Source of the DNA: Chiloscyllium plagiosum
Taxonomy: Eukaryota
Length of the DNA stretch: 56,663 bases
Reading direction: 5' to 3'
Assembly (NCBI RefSeq): GCF_004010195.1
Contig: NC_057749.1
Location: 18,882,929 to 18,939,591, forward strand
Below the pieces are notes generated by a model that had not been told where the DNA came from, did not search any database, and saw only the letters and a program-made list of their open reading frames with translations. Positions 1 to 12,038 of the stretch are shown here, one piece after another. How positions within the stretch are numbered: position 1 is the stretch's first letter; each line of letters starts with the position of its first letter. Made by a program: the position numbers and the translations under genes.

Positions 1-117
1 CTTCAGGCTCTCTGCCTTTATTCCTGATGAAGGGCTTTTGCCCGAAACGTCAATTTTGCTGAAGCTCCTCGATGCTGCCTGAATTGCTGTGCTCTTCCAG
101 CACCATTGATCCAGAAC
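1..117 (+). mobile_element. Penelope-like element 3' end (pLTR, family A)
   Basis: Nearly the same sequence as 53816-53928, which terminates an RT-encoding PLE in this window. Confidence 0.85.
20..55 (+). ncRNA. Minimal type I hammerhead ribozyme motif (PLE family A)
   Basis: CTGATGA(24-30)-A-GGGC tttt GCCC-GAAA(44-47)-CG-TC. Core intact; helix I poorly paired in this copy. Confidence 0.6.
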
Positions 118-305
118 ATGTGGCATATGTCAGCACTGAAAGTGAAAACTATCGTGTGTAGGATGATGGAAGAATCAGCAAATGAAGCTCCTCGATGCTG
201 CCTGAATTGCTGTGCTCTTCCAGCACCATTGATCCAGAACATGTGGCATATGTCAGCACTGAAAGTGAAAACTATCGTGTGTAGGATGATGGAAGAATCA
301 GCAAA
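60..305. repeat. Perfect 123-bp tandem duplication
   Basis: 60-182 is identical to 183-305 and spans the PLE end plus unique flank. Confidence 0.95.
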
Positions 306-832
306 CATTCAAATTGTTCCTCATCATTCAGTGAGCTTCCAGAAAAGCTGAGGATGAATAAGATCAGATTGAAGTGTGATGGGTTTTCTGGAGGAAACTG
401 CTTGCTGCCAAGGTGTACACATGGAGAATGGCCATTTGGGCATGGTCGGTAAAGATGGCTGCTGACTGTGGTACAACCTTGCAAAGTTCAGAATAAGGAG
501 GTGGGACAAGATTTTTTTTAATATATGATACAACAATCACTAGCTCATTTTCAAGAAGAACAGTGGCCTGTTTCTGTTCTGTCCGCAGTTAAATGAATCC
601 TGAATGTGAACTGTTGTTCCATTCACTGCTACTGTGCAAAAAAAAGGTGCTTTGTCACAGTCAAAGGAAGATGCTTATCGGTAAGAATTTTGATATCCCA
701 TAAGTGTACTAGTTCCTCCATTTTTCTCAGCCTTCCAATAATGAGAATTAGCAGCCAGCAAGGTCCCGTCAGACTGTGAGGATTCCTTGATCATCCTCTC
801 TTGGAGGCTTTATCTCCACCCTTTTAGTAATG

Positions 833-1016
833 AGTTAAAAATCACACAACACCAGGTTATAGTCCAACAAGTTTAATTGGAAGCACACTAGCTTCTTCAT
901 CAGCGTCGCTCCGAAAGCTAGTGTGCTTCCAATTAAACCTGTTGGACTATAACCTGGTGTTGTGTGATTTTTAACTTTGTACACCCCAGTCCAACACCGG
1001 CATCTCCGAATCATGA
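833..1016 (+). mobile_element. Palindromic non-autonomous PLE derivative (family C)
   Basis: About 60-bp inverted arms (833-893 / 916-976) plus a ~40-nt unpaired 3' tail. 12-bp TSD cttttagtaatg (821-832 / 1017-1028). Same family as 31853-32065; the central hammerhead region is partly deleted. Confidence 0.8.
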
Positions 1017-1459
1017 CTTTTAGTAATGGGCTGTGAATGATTTAGAAATCGATTGACAGCATCAATGTGAGCTCCGTGACAACCCTGTTTCTCACAAACT
1101 CTGGTGTTGATTCCAGTAAATCTCTCTGCTTTGCCACACTGCAGTATCTTATCAGTCTGATTGCTTCCTATAATTAGCATCTTTCTGTCACTTTCTTGGC
1201 TGGTATTGAAATTTACACTTCCTTTGGTTGTGTCCTCTATTTCCCCATCCAACATGATGGAAAATTATAATTTAATAGAAAAAAGTTTAGAGATTTTTAA
1301 ACTCAAAGTGCTTTCATATGGTATATTGAATCATGATCACATCAAAGTATTTTTATCTTGTTTAGTTTTGAGGTTTTCAAAAAAATTACATCCCTTGTTT
1401 GTCACCACCTTGGGCCTCTGAGCTGCTTTAAAACTAATTTCTAGATGTACAAGAAGCAC

Positions 1460-1858
1460 TAAGTAAGGAGTTGGAATGTCAGTTATAAGGAGAGGCTGAG
1501 GGTTGGCCTTAGAGGTTTATAAAATCACAAGGGGATAGATAAGGCCAATAGCCAAGGCCAATAGCCAAGGTCTTTTCTCCAGGGCCCAAAATTAGAGGGT
1601 AATGTTATTGGTGAGAGAGGAAAGACTTAAAATGAACCTGAGGGATAACTTTCCCACACAGTGGGTGATGTGTAAATGGAACAAATTGCCAGAGGAAGCG
1701 GTCGGGATAGGTATAATTGCAACATTTAAAAGACATTTGGACACATGCATAGGAAAGATTTAGAGGGATTCGGGCCAAACACAGTTTAGGAAACCTGGTT
1801 GATGTGGACGAGCTGGGCCAAACGGCCTGTTTCAGTGCTGTATGACCCTATGTCTCTA
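1460..1858 (+). mobile_element. CR1/HER1 LINE 3' fragment
   Basis: Homologous to the 3' end of the long CR1 copy (about 36110-36555). Confidence 0.85.
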
Positions 1859-2114
1859 AGAGCTAGAGACAATAAAGGTTCTTGCTTGTGGTACTTAAGA
1901 CTGGGAGGTTAATGTGTGAGGATTATTGGTGTGAATTAATGTTTCCAGTGTTTTGATCCCAGCTGATGGTAATACTGTACTAGATAGGTTGGGTCCCAGA
2001 GTGAAAGCTTGACAGATCTTAAATTTTATTTTTCCTCTTTGTTTACTGCAGTGGTCAGTCACTAAACATATTCACAAGAGGCTTTTAACAAAAGAACTTC
2101 AAAAATTAAAAAAA

Positions 2115-2930
2115 TGAAAGAAAAGAGATTGCTGGAAATCTGAAACAATAATAGGAATTGCTGGAAAATCTCAGTAAGTCTGGCAGCATCTGTGATAAGA
2201 AATCAGAATTAATGTTTGGGTCCAGCGATCCTTCTTCAGAACTGATGGTAGCTAGGAAAAGAGTGGTTTTTATACAGAAGATGGGGTGGAGGGGGAGGGA
2301 GGGTGGAAATAGAGCCCAAAGAGAGAACAGAGAAAAACAGTTGAGCGGACAAGGGAGTGGTTAAAGGTCAGTCTAGGGGAATCGCTGCTAAAAGGGACTT
2401 TTAGTAGCTGACCATAGGTAATGTCATCACATAGGCTGCTACCACACAAGGTCTGGTGTGTGGGAGTGGGGGAAAGCATGAGGAAATGTGCTCAATCCCT
2501 AAAATTGTTTGCTCAATCCCTAAAATTGTTGAACTTGATATTAAGTCCAGAAGGCTGCAGGATTCACCAGCGGAAAATGAGGTTCTGCTCTTCCAGCTTG
2601 TGCTGAGCTTTGCTGAAGCACTGCAGTAAGCCTGAGACAGTGATTTGGCCAGGGAGCATGGTGATATGTTGAAGTGGCAGACAGCAGGAAGCCCAGGCTT
2701 TCTTTTTGCAGACAGAACATAGGTGTTCTCGGTAATGGTCACCTAGTCTGGACTTTGTCTCCCCAATGTAGAGGAGACTGCATGGTGAACAGCATAAATA
2801 AACATTAAGTGCTGGAGAAACACACATTCCCAAAGGAATGTCATATTAGATTCAACACTAACTCTGTTTCTCTCTGCACGGATGCTGTCAAACTTGCTGA
2901 GTTTCTCCAGCATTTTATATTTTTATTTCC
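2115..2930 (-). mobile_element. Old Penelope-like element fragment (GIY-YIG endonuclease end plus pLTR)
   Basis: Minus-strand ORFs read NVYLCCSPCSLLYIGETKSRLGDHYREHL and HKLEEQNLIFR. A decayed hammerhead-like ctgaagaagg..ggacccaaac lies near 2212-2242. Confidence 0.8.
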
Positions 2931-3219
2931 CCTTTCTATAAGCCATGCAATTTTGCTTTTATTTGAGGGCAAAACAATACGTAAATTATATCAAAAGCAC
3001 TATATAAAAAACATTTGAAATGGTCTCTTTATAAGTATCAGAGATAAAAATTTAACCCTTTTACCTGCAATAACAACTTGTAGATCATCAAACCTCTGTG
3101 AAGGATCACCCTGTTTCTACTTTAAAGTTCCCTGTTCAATGGGTATGGTTGAAATTGTTTTCGTCTGAAAAGATTTCTGCATTGACTTGATGCTGTTTCT
3201 TCAGTTATGTCTTCTCCTG

Positions 3220-3972
3220 TGTTATGACATGGGGTTAAATTCCTCCCCTCCCCGCTAATTTAAACCAGCAACACAGAAAAGATTTAACCTGTGCTGTAAT
3301 CGATTAAAATTTGAGAGGCCAAGAACTATCCCAAAATTCACTATTTTAAGTAAAAATTAACAACTTTATTTTTTAAAGCTGAACAGAGAATAAGTAACTA
3401 ACAACTATTTACAGCCCCTTTCTCCAATCTATCTTTTAGTTTTCCTTCTACATTACTGGTCTGATTTGAAACAAAATCCCGATTATGATTTACCAAAATA
3501 AAATCAAGTTTCAAAATGAGTCAGCTTGCCGAGTGTCCTCTGTATTTTCCTCTGTTTTCTTTCCTTCTTCTTAGGGATTCTGTTTCATAGTCATTGTTAG
3601 ATAAAGGTCCCTTTTCAGAGAGCAGATCTTTCTGCAAGCAGTCTCTCTCTCTAGTTGGTGCTTGGCAGTTCTCTATGCCACTCTAACTGTTCAAACTGTC
3701 TGATACTTATACCTGAAAACGTTGGATCGTTTCATTGGTTTTAATATTGTCAAAATACTGAATTCAAACTTGATTGCAGTTTGGTGACTTGGGGCATAAT
3801 TTAAATTGATTAGCTGAATTCAAATTTGTTTTTTTTATCCAGGCAACCCAGCTAATCTAGCAGTTCGACCAAATGTTACATTTTAAATTTTCCAGTACTC
3901 TGTGTGCTTCTCTAAGTCCCTGCTAGCTTTTCCACTCTCTTAAAGATACAGTACTCCTACATCTTCATAACA
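3220..3972 (-). mobile_element. Solo LTR (LTR retrotransposon/ERV family, unclassified)
   Basis: Termini TGTTATGA...TCATAACA with 4-bp TSD CCTG (3216-19 / 3973-76). Reverse-complement homologue of 23893-24617. AATAAA on the minus strand near 3365. Confidence 0.8.
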
Positions 3973-4163
3973 CCTGAGACCCTTAAAGTTCTAGTACAGC
4001 TTTACTTCTTAACACGAGTTCCTTTAAAGTCATGTGTTTAGTAGCCTTGACACTTTGAAGCCTTCTGTTTCTGGAGCTTCTCTCTTTCTAACTTCTAAAC
4101 CATTCAGAAGATTTTCTCTTTTGCCCTAATGTTTGGAGAGCTAAACTGTACTGTTGATATTTT

Positions 4164-4422
4164 TTAGTTTAGATTCCCTAAAGTGTGGAAACACGTCATC
4201 TGGCCCAACAAATCCACACTGACTCTCTGAAAGACCCACCCTCTGACTAACATACCGAACACTATGGGCAATTTAGCACGGCCAGTTCACCTGACCTGCA
4301 CATCTTTGGAGTGTGGGAGGAAACCCACGCAGACACGAGCAGAATGTGCAAACTCCACACAGACATTCGCCCGAAGCGGGAATCGAACATGGTCCCTGAC
4401 GCTGTGAGCTGGCTGTGCTAAC
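4164..4422 (-). mobile_element. HE1-type SINE
   Basis: Reverse complement of the tRNA-head/core/CR1-like-tail SINE at 25534-25826. Confidence 0.85.
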
Positions 4423-4893
4423 GTCTGTATGACATCTTTGTTTCTGAAAGAAATCTTCCCACTCAGTTACCGACTGGTTGATTCTCCCTTTCTTAAAGGG
4501 CTTAAAGTTGCTCCCTTTGCCATATAAAACCTTGTAACTGGCAGCAACCTTTTTTTTTTGCTTTTTTTCCTACTCTTCCTAAAATAATAACCTATTCATC
4601 TTGAGGGCATTTAACAGCATGTTTTAAATGTAACAAACAAAATTTCCAGACATTCCGAATCCACTTACAGAACTCAAAAATGAAACTAAAACTATGTTCC
4701 CATGCTTTTAACTCTTACAGTATAGAAATACAAACCAAGCGTAAACTTGTACATGGTTCTGTCCACTTTAGAACCCACATTTCCATATGATAATATGTAA
4801 TATACTGTCATCACATCACTATTGTTGCTTAGTGCTGTGCTGCTTTATTGCCCTTTTGAGTAATACTTCTTTCATCTCATTGATATGTAGCTA

Positions 4894-5116
4894 TGGAGAA
4901 AGTGAGGACTGCAGATGCTGGAGATCAGAGTGGACAAGTGTGAAATGCAGGGTTCTGGGGATGGGCTAGAGAAGTGGGTCTGGATGGGATAGTCTTCAGA
5001 GGGTCGATGTGGACTCTATGGGCCAAATGGCCTGATTCCACTATGTCGGGGTTCTGTGATTCTTGGTGTTATCAAATGAATGATCAGTCTGCAAGTCTTA
5101 AGGAGGCTGCCTGATC
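4894..5116 (-). mobile_element. Composite insertion: PLE 3' tail plus 163-bp copy of nearby genomic DNA
   Basis: 13-bp TSD tgatat(g/a)tagcta (4881-93 / 5117-29). 4895-4942 is a PLE tail, and 4942-5104 is a diverged copy of 5829-5991. Confidence 0.75.
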
Positions 5117-5154
5117 TGATATATAGCTAAGCCTTACAATAGTAATTGGTGTTG

Positions 5155-5405
5155 TTTTTTATTTGTTCATGGGATGACGGTAAGGATTAAGTAAGGAAGG
5201 CGGCGGCTTTCCTTCAGGAACATTGGCGAACCAATTAGATTTTTAGACAATAGTTTCATGGTCATCATTAGAATCTTAATTCCAGATTTTTATTGTATTG
5301 AAACTCCACCATCTGCTGTGTTGGGATTCTGATTTGAATTCCCAGAATACTACTTGAGTCTCTGATTAACAGTCCAGCAATAATACCACTAGGCCATCAC
5401 CTCCC
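5155..5405 (-). mobile_element. Old tRNA-derived SINE (non-HE1 family)
   Basis: Reverse-complement similarity to 5993-6325 and similarity to 18685-19020. Confidence 0.6.
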
Positions 5406-5629
5406 CTTTATTTTCTTGGCTTAAAGCTAGCGATATGCTGCACAATATTAAATTTCTTTCTATGAGACTGATAATACTGTGCAAGTAATGAGTTGGCTGA
5501 AATGCCATGAGCTATCTCAAGGGATGGATTTTGCTCATGTTTCTGGGAGCTGCAGCTTTGATTGTGGCAGATACAAACTATCATCGGGAGCTCCTTCCCC
5601 CCAGTATAGGGTGATATGGGTTGCATGCT

Positions 5630-5950
5630 GGCTCTGGTTAGCACTGCTGCCTCAGGGACCTGGGTTCAATTCCACCCTCGGGTGTGTGCACATTCTCCCC
5701 ACATCTGCATGGGTTTCCTCCATGTGCTCCAGTTTTCTCCCACAGTCCAAGATGTGCAGGCCAAATGGATTGGTCATGCTAAATTGCCCAGTGTCCATGG
5801 ATGTGCAGAGTAGGTAGATTAACCGTGGGAAATGCAGGGTTCTAGGGATGGGCTAGAGAGGTGTGTCTGGATGGGATAGTCTTCAGAGAGTTGATGTGGT
5901 CTTTATGGACCAAATGGCCTGATTCCACTCTGTAGGGGTTCTATGATTCT
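5630..5950 (+). mobile_element. HE1-type SINE
   Basis: tggttagcactgctgcctca...gggttcaattcc A/B boxes, HE1 core and CR1-like tail. Confidence 0.88.
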
Positions 5951-5992
5951 TGGTGTTATCAACTGAATGACCAGTCTGCAAGTCTTAAGGAC

Positions 5993-6325
5993 ACAGTGGT
6001 TTATAGATAATGTCACTGCATTAGTAATCTGGAGGCCAAAACTAATGCTCTGTGGATGTGGATTCAAATGTCAGGGTGGCAAGTGGTGTAACTTAAATTC
6101 ACTTAATGAAGCTGGAATGCAAAGCTATTCTCAACAGTTGTGATCATGAAAATATTAGTTGTCATTGTAAAAACTCATCTTGTTCACAAATGTTCTTTGA
6201 GGGAAGGAAATCTACCATCTTTATGTGGTCTTCATGTGACTGTAGACCCTAGCAATGCTAAACTGTCCTCCCAAATGGCTGAGGCAGCTCAAGGGTAATT
6301 TCAGGTGGGCAACAAATATTAATTT
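5993..6325 (+). mobile_element. Old tRNA-derived SINE (non-HE1 family)
   Basis: Degenerate A/B boxes (gtggtttatag / ggattcaaat). The gggcaacaaat tail resembles LINE 3' ends near 15295 and 19700. Confidence 0.6.
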
Positions 6326-6589
6326 TGCCATGCAGTGACTTGTTGGGATGTGGAATGCATTTTGAGTGTGTAATGGAGGCAGATTCAAGGGGGAAATTGG
6401 ATTCTTATCAGAAAGCGAGAGTAGAGAACCAAGGGGAAAGGTGGGGAATGGCTCTGAGTGATTTGCTCCTTCAGAGAGTCAGCATAGACATACCAACTAG
6501 CATAATGCTCTAACCACTCTGTATGGTAACATCTATAATACTACACTGCCAACACTAGCATTGCTATGATGGAACTTGTCATTGAAGTC

Positions 6590-7975
6590 ATTAATCACAA
6601 GGAGATTTGAATGAAAAGAGCTTCAATGTACCAAAAGCTGTTTGTAGCAAAGTCCAACAAACCACTGTGCCACTCACAGTTCCTACTTTTCCAGATCGTG
6701 GATGTTCTTCACAGGAAGAATAAGGGCATGTACGATTGGATTAAAAAGGCATCAGTTCCATTAGCAAATAAAACTGCTCCATTGAAAACAAAGCCAAGGC
6801 AGGCTGTCTCTGACTGCAGTAGACAGTTAGAGCGATGGATGGGACACTATCTTGGATTGTACTGTAGATACAATGTGATCACTGATAAAGCTCTGAATAT
6901 CATACTTCACCTGTTATTGAAGAGTTGAATGCCAAACCCAGAATAGATATACTTAGCTATTCGTGTGCCATTAGCAAAGCTCGAGATGGTGTTATACCAA
7001 CTAAATTCATTAAATGTGGGAAAGCAGCCCTTCTGCAGCATCTGCATGAATTTCTCTGTCTTTACTGGAAGGCAGTTCTTCTGGATATATGAATGTAAGG
7101 ATTGTGGCCCTGTGCAAGAACAAAGGCGCCCATAACCATCACTATCCCATAACCAACTACTATCACTGCTGAGGAATGTAGGTGAGGTATTTGTCTATAT
7201 TGCTCTTGTTAGCTTACAAATCTTGGTTGAACACATTGATTGTAAATCTCAAAGTGGTTTCAAGTTTAGAAGATTTACTTGAAATGAATTTATCAGTCCA
7301 GCAGCTGTAGAGAAATGCTGTGAGTAGATGAGGCACAGGACATTGTCCTTACCAATTACACCAAGGCATTGGACCATGTGAGCAGAGACAATTTATTTAA
7401 GGTGCTAGTGGACATTGAGCAGCTTCAGCAGGTAGCCATTGTGATCTCTTTCTATGATATCATTTGGATACAGTCAGTTATTTTGAGATCCACCGTGGGG
7501 TTTAAAGGGGTTGTATAGTGTTGCTGACTCTTTGACACATTCTTCTCTAAGCTGCTGTTATTTCTACAGTTCATTTACCAAGGATGTCTACTTGTATACC
7601 AGAATTAACAAAAAAACTGTTCAAACTTGCACACCTCAAATTCGGCCAAAAGTGTGCCACGTCTGCATTAGAGAATCTCCCTACACTGATGACACTCGGC
7701 TAACATTCCATACTGAGGAACATCTTTTGTGGCAATGGACAGACTCTGATAAATCTGTAAGAAGTCTAGTTTGGCCATCGCCAGCAGGAAGACCATTGTC
7801 ATGGTCCAGGGTATTGCCAGCAATCAGCATTGATGATGTGATGACACTGTTTGTTGATAGCTTCACATGTATCTTAGCTTCAGTCACTAGTAATTTGTTA
7901 CTTGATGTTGAAATCAACACCCACGTTGCAAAAGCTGCAGCTGTTATCCAAACTGAGTTGGAGAGTGTGGAATAT
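6590..7975 (+). mobile_element. Decayed RTE/BovB-clade LINE (RT region)
   Basis: Frameshifted remnants of RT motifs: accaaggcattggaccatgtgagcaga (TKAFDxVSR-like), KDVYLYTR, and RESPYTDDTRLTFHTEEHL (RELLYADD-like). Confidence 0.75.
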
Positions 7976-10319
7976 GAGATGTGTTGCAGCAATTTGCCAA
8001 GACTTCTTTGACAGCACCTCACAAACCCGTAACCTCAGTTGCCAAGTAGAACGAGTATAGCACATGAGAGCTCAACCAGCTGCTAGTCACACAGCATTCT
8101 GACTTGAAAAATGATTAAGAGTCATTGATTAAATTGGCCTCAATGATGCCCCTAAGTCATGTGGCCATAGCTAGAGAGTTCTTGAGGTAATGCTCACAAA
8201 TTGATCTCTTAACTTAAGTTGCAAGCTAGCCATGGAAAAATAATTTGAGAGAACCATGCGCAACAAAAACAAAAAGAAGTTATTAGCCAGTTAACGCCCA
8301 CATTGTATAAAAACAACATTAAGAGGGTGTTCAAATGGTCAGATATGTGTGGGAGGTGTGCAGATACTATATTTTCTTTGTTCCATTCCACAAAGTTTCA
8401 CATGATATGTTAACAGTTCACTTGAAATGATCTGTGCAGTGCAGTTCAGTCCATCTTCTTCTGATTGTGGACCTAAAGGTTTGATACCATGTCTGAAAAT
8501 TGAAGCCACAAAAGCAGTTAATTTGAGAATTGGAAAATATTTCATTCTGCTTGCAGGTAATATTCTCCATAAGTGTGCAGTGCTAAAGAGCTGAGTTGTA
8601 TGTGGTATTATGATCGCTCTGCAAAAGACTACTCATAGAACCTGGAATACAATAAGGACTGTCCTTGGGTTTTCTATTTACCTTGTGCAGTACATACAAG
8701 GCCTTTTTAACTTCTAATTTATTTGTATTTGCCCAAATAAGTGTTACAGATACAATCCAAAATATTTTGCAGTATCAAGCATTCCAAGTCCGAAAAGCAT
8801 AAGTGTTTTTATAAAGTAAAATACTCTGTCCTATAACAGTCATAAGATCTTTGGAAGTGACCATTGCCACCCAGCATCTCTGTAATGCTTCTGTTCAGAG
8901 CCTCGACCATTTTCCCACCACAACTTAGATTTATTTTAGTGAGCTCAATTCTTTTAATTCTGAATAGAGTGGTGCAAATGTTCATTGTGTAGAGATAGAA
9001 AGTTGAGATGAATGATGTGATAGATCCTGGACATGCAAATTATTCTTTTGGAATATATTTTGAAGTGTTAAATCAGAGCAATGCTGATCCAACAATCCAC
9101 TAGCTACACTCTTGAGAAACCTTTATACATGTAGCGAAGGTTTCGGGAAGACAGGTTTCAGAAGGTGGTTAATTCTCACAGAGAAATAGGTAAGAAATTG
9201 TGAATTCAAAGGAAGAGAGATAGATGTAGGCAAGTATGAGATGCTTTACTGAGTCTGACAGTATCCAACAGGATTGTAGGGCTTGGTGCTTGGCAAAGAG
9301 GCCAGGGAAGGTTAACCAAGGCTGAAGCTATGGTAGTTTGGAGCATACTGTCAATTGGGATAAAATAAACACTAGCCATGGGAATAAGGGAGTAGTTTTG
9401 AAAAATTCTGGAATTGGGAGGCCTGATGTGCATCTACAGCCATGACCTGAGTGACTAAGAAGGTGCTGGGGAAGGAGCATAATCAAGTGGGGTCTGAGAC
9501 TTTTGGAAGTGAGAAAGTAGGAAGAATTTGATTCCAGCACAAACCAGTTATATTGGAAGCAGCAAGGTTTCAAATTTGATTTAGGTTAAAGTTTTTATTT
9601 AGTAATTTTAAAATTACTTCATGTTCCACATAATTGAATAATTGACGAGAAACAAATTAGACAATTTATAGTTTGAGAAATGGATTAAAAGATAGTGTTA
9701 TATTACCAGGACATGATTGGGTAGCTCTGTAAGTGCATTTCTTTAACCTAGGTTGTGTGAGGATTAAGCTGAATATACAATGAAGTAGTTTAATTGCAGA
9801 GTTAATTATCAGGATTGTTCTGATTTGTGCAGTTTGAAATTCAGGAGTGGAAATCTTGTTAGGCTTCTGATTTGGATTGGTCCCATGACCTTGCACTGAA
9901 AATAAATACGGCAGAGAATTTGAAGTAATAAAACAGAGTAGGTTTAGAAAGAGCAAAACAATGATAGGGATAAAGCCTTGGAAGTTATGACGACCCAGAC
10001 AGGTGCTACAATTGATGACTTGTTTATCACAAGCTGTTGACTATACAGCTTGTAAAGATATGATCATGTGGGAGATGATAAATAACAAAATAAGTACATC
10101 AGTTTTAGGAGTGGAGGAAATGAAAACCTTAAGATTCTATAAATGAATGGTCAGATTGAGAAAAACAATGGTAATGTGAGGGAAAAAATGCTTATGCCAC
10201 AAGTGGTTGGGATCTGGAATGCAGTGCCCGCTTTGGTGGTGAGGGTAGATTTAAACAAAGCATTCAAGAGGGCATTGCATTGTTATCTGAAAAGGAAAAA
10301 ATGTGTAGAGTTGAGGAAG

Positions 10320-10671
10320 TAACAAAGAGGATTGATGAGGGCAGAGCGGTAGATGTGATCTATATGGACTTTAGTAAGGTGTTCGACAAGGTTCCCATGG
10401 GACACTGATTAGCAAGGTTAGATCTTGCGGGATACAGGGAGAACTAGCCATTTGGATAAGTACTGACTCAGAGGTAGAAGACAGAGGGTGGTGGTGGAGG
10501 GTTGTTTTTCAGACTGGAGGCTTGTGACCAGTGGAATGCCACAAGGATCAGTGCTGGGTCCTTTACTTTTTGTCATTTATATAAATGTTTTGGATGCGAG
10601 CATAAGAGAATCAGTTAGTAAGTTTGCAGATGGCACCAAAATTAGAGGTATAGTGGACAGTGAAGAGGATT
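10320..10671 (+). mobile_element. CR1/HER1 LINE RT fragment
   Basis: VTSGMPQGSVLGPLLFVIYIN...SKFADGTK; homologous to about 35337-35690. Confidence 0.92.
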
Positions 10672-10899
10672 AGAGCTGAAAATGTGTTGCTGGAAAAGCG
10701 CAGCAGGTCAGGCAGCATCCAAGGAGCAGGAGAATCGACGTTTTGGGCATGAGCCCTTCTTCAGGAATTCCTTCAGGAATTCAGGCTTATGCCTGAAATG
10801 TCGATTCTCCTGTTCCTTGGATGCTGCCTGACCTGCTGCGCTTTTCCAGCAACACATTTTCAGCTCTGATCTCCAGCATCTGCAGTCCTCACTTTCTCC
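10672..10899 (+). mobile_element. Palindromic PLE derivative (family A)
   Basis: About 80-bp inverted arms around decayed hammerhead cores, followed by the unpaired tail gatctccagcatctgcagtcctcactttctcc. Confidence 0.85.
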
Positions 10900-12038
10900 T
10901 CTTATTGGGAGAAGGCAGGGGAGCAGCACGCGTTAAATTGCTTCACAGAATTGGTGCAACCATGATGGGCTTCATGCTGTACAGTATAATGTTTGCAGTT
11001 TTATGATGTTGTGAAGGAGCCGGAACTGATAATAGATATCAGGAATTTGGTTTAAGCATAAGGATGATAGAACATTCGATCAGCATACTAGACAGTCTGG
11101 AAAGGAATGAGAGAATGGAGCTGGACTGTCTGTGAGTATGAGTCAGGTTAAAATTCTGTAGCTATGGATGAGTCATATGAGGCAAATCTGCACATGACCA
11201 GGGCAGGAGAATATTTGGATCAAGTGGCTCGTGGTCAAATAAGAGGAGCAGATACAAGAACAGAAATAGTTACGATGGAATACTTTCATTAGAAAGTCAA
11301 AAAGACTGCAGTAGGAGTGAAAGCATACTTTTCTGAGTTTTGTTGCATGGGCTAATCAGTTGAGGAGTGAGTTCATGGGGTGTAGTTTTAGGCCAGCAAG
11401 TGAATAATGACCAGGCGACCAGTGGGGAAAATAAAGATGGCACTTACTTTCTGAACATTGCGAGCCAGAAGGATAGAGGATAAGAGGGATCTTTGAGTAG
11501 AATTACAGCACTCACTGCAAGTTACACTGCAGGTTTGCCACTCATTTTTAAAAACAGTGGAATGTTTGTTCCATCACCGTTAAGAATGGTGACTGACCAA
11601 TCTCTGCGCACACAGTTTTACCTGTCACTGCATCACACACCGTGATGAACAACAGATGTATATTCTTTATGGTACTCCCATTGGTTAGGAGTAAACTCTT
11701 TGAATGCTTTGAAATGCAAAGGAGTAAACGTCAACTTGTTCTATCTCTTAAACAACCAAAGAGAGAGAGAGATTAGACGAAGAATAGTTGAAGGACCGTC
11801 CATCTAGCCAGAACCTAATAATGTTTACACCATATTTTATTACACCAAGAAATGTTAAATGCTTCTTGTGTCTAAAGGGGCAGCTAGTGAAAGACCAAAT
11901 GAATTAGCAACTTCAGGCAAGGTGGTCACCGAACTATGAAATGAGGCCGAGCACCCAATTTTGGATGTCCTTCCTAAAGTTTACATGTAGAAACAATCAG
12001 GAAAGAAAAGTAAGAAAAGGTCATATTGGACTTGAAAT

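Noticed and set aside
60..305. CRISPR-like or prokaryotic system
   Set aside because: Only two identical units, no spacers or cas genes; the window is vertebrate intronic DNA.
833..1016. Palindromes as pre-miRNA genes, MITEs or terminators
   Set aside because: Multi-copy, asymmetric tail, long variable TSDs and hammerhead remnants point to PLE origin.
1541..2530. Short tandem duplications (13 bp at about 1541-1570, 21 bp at about 2489-2530)
   Set aside because: Ordinary slippage events inside dead TEs.
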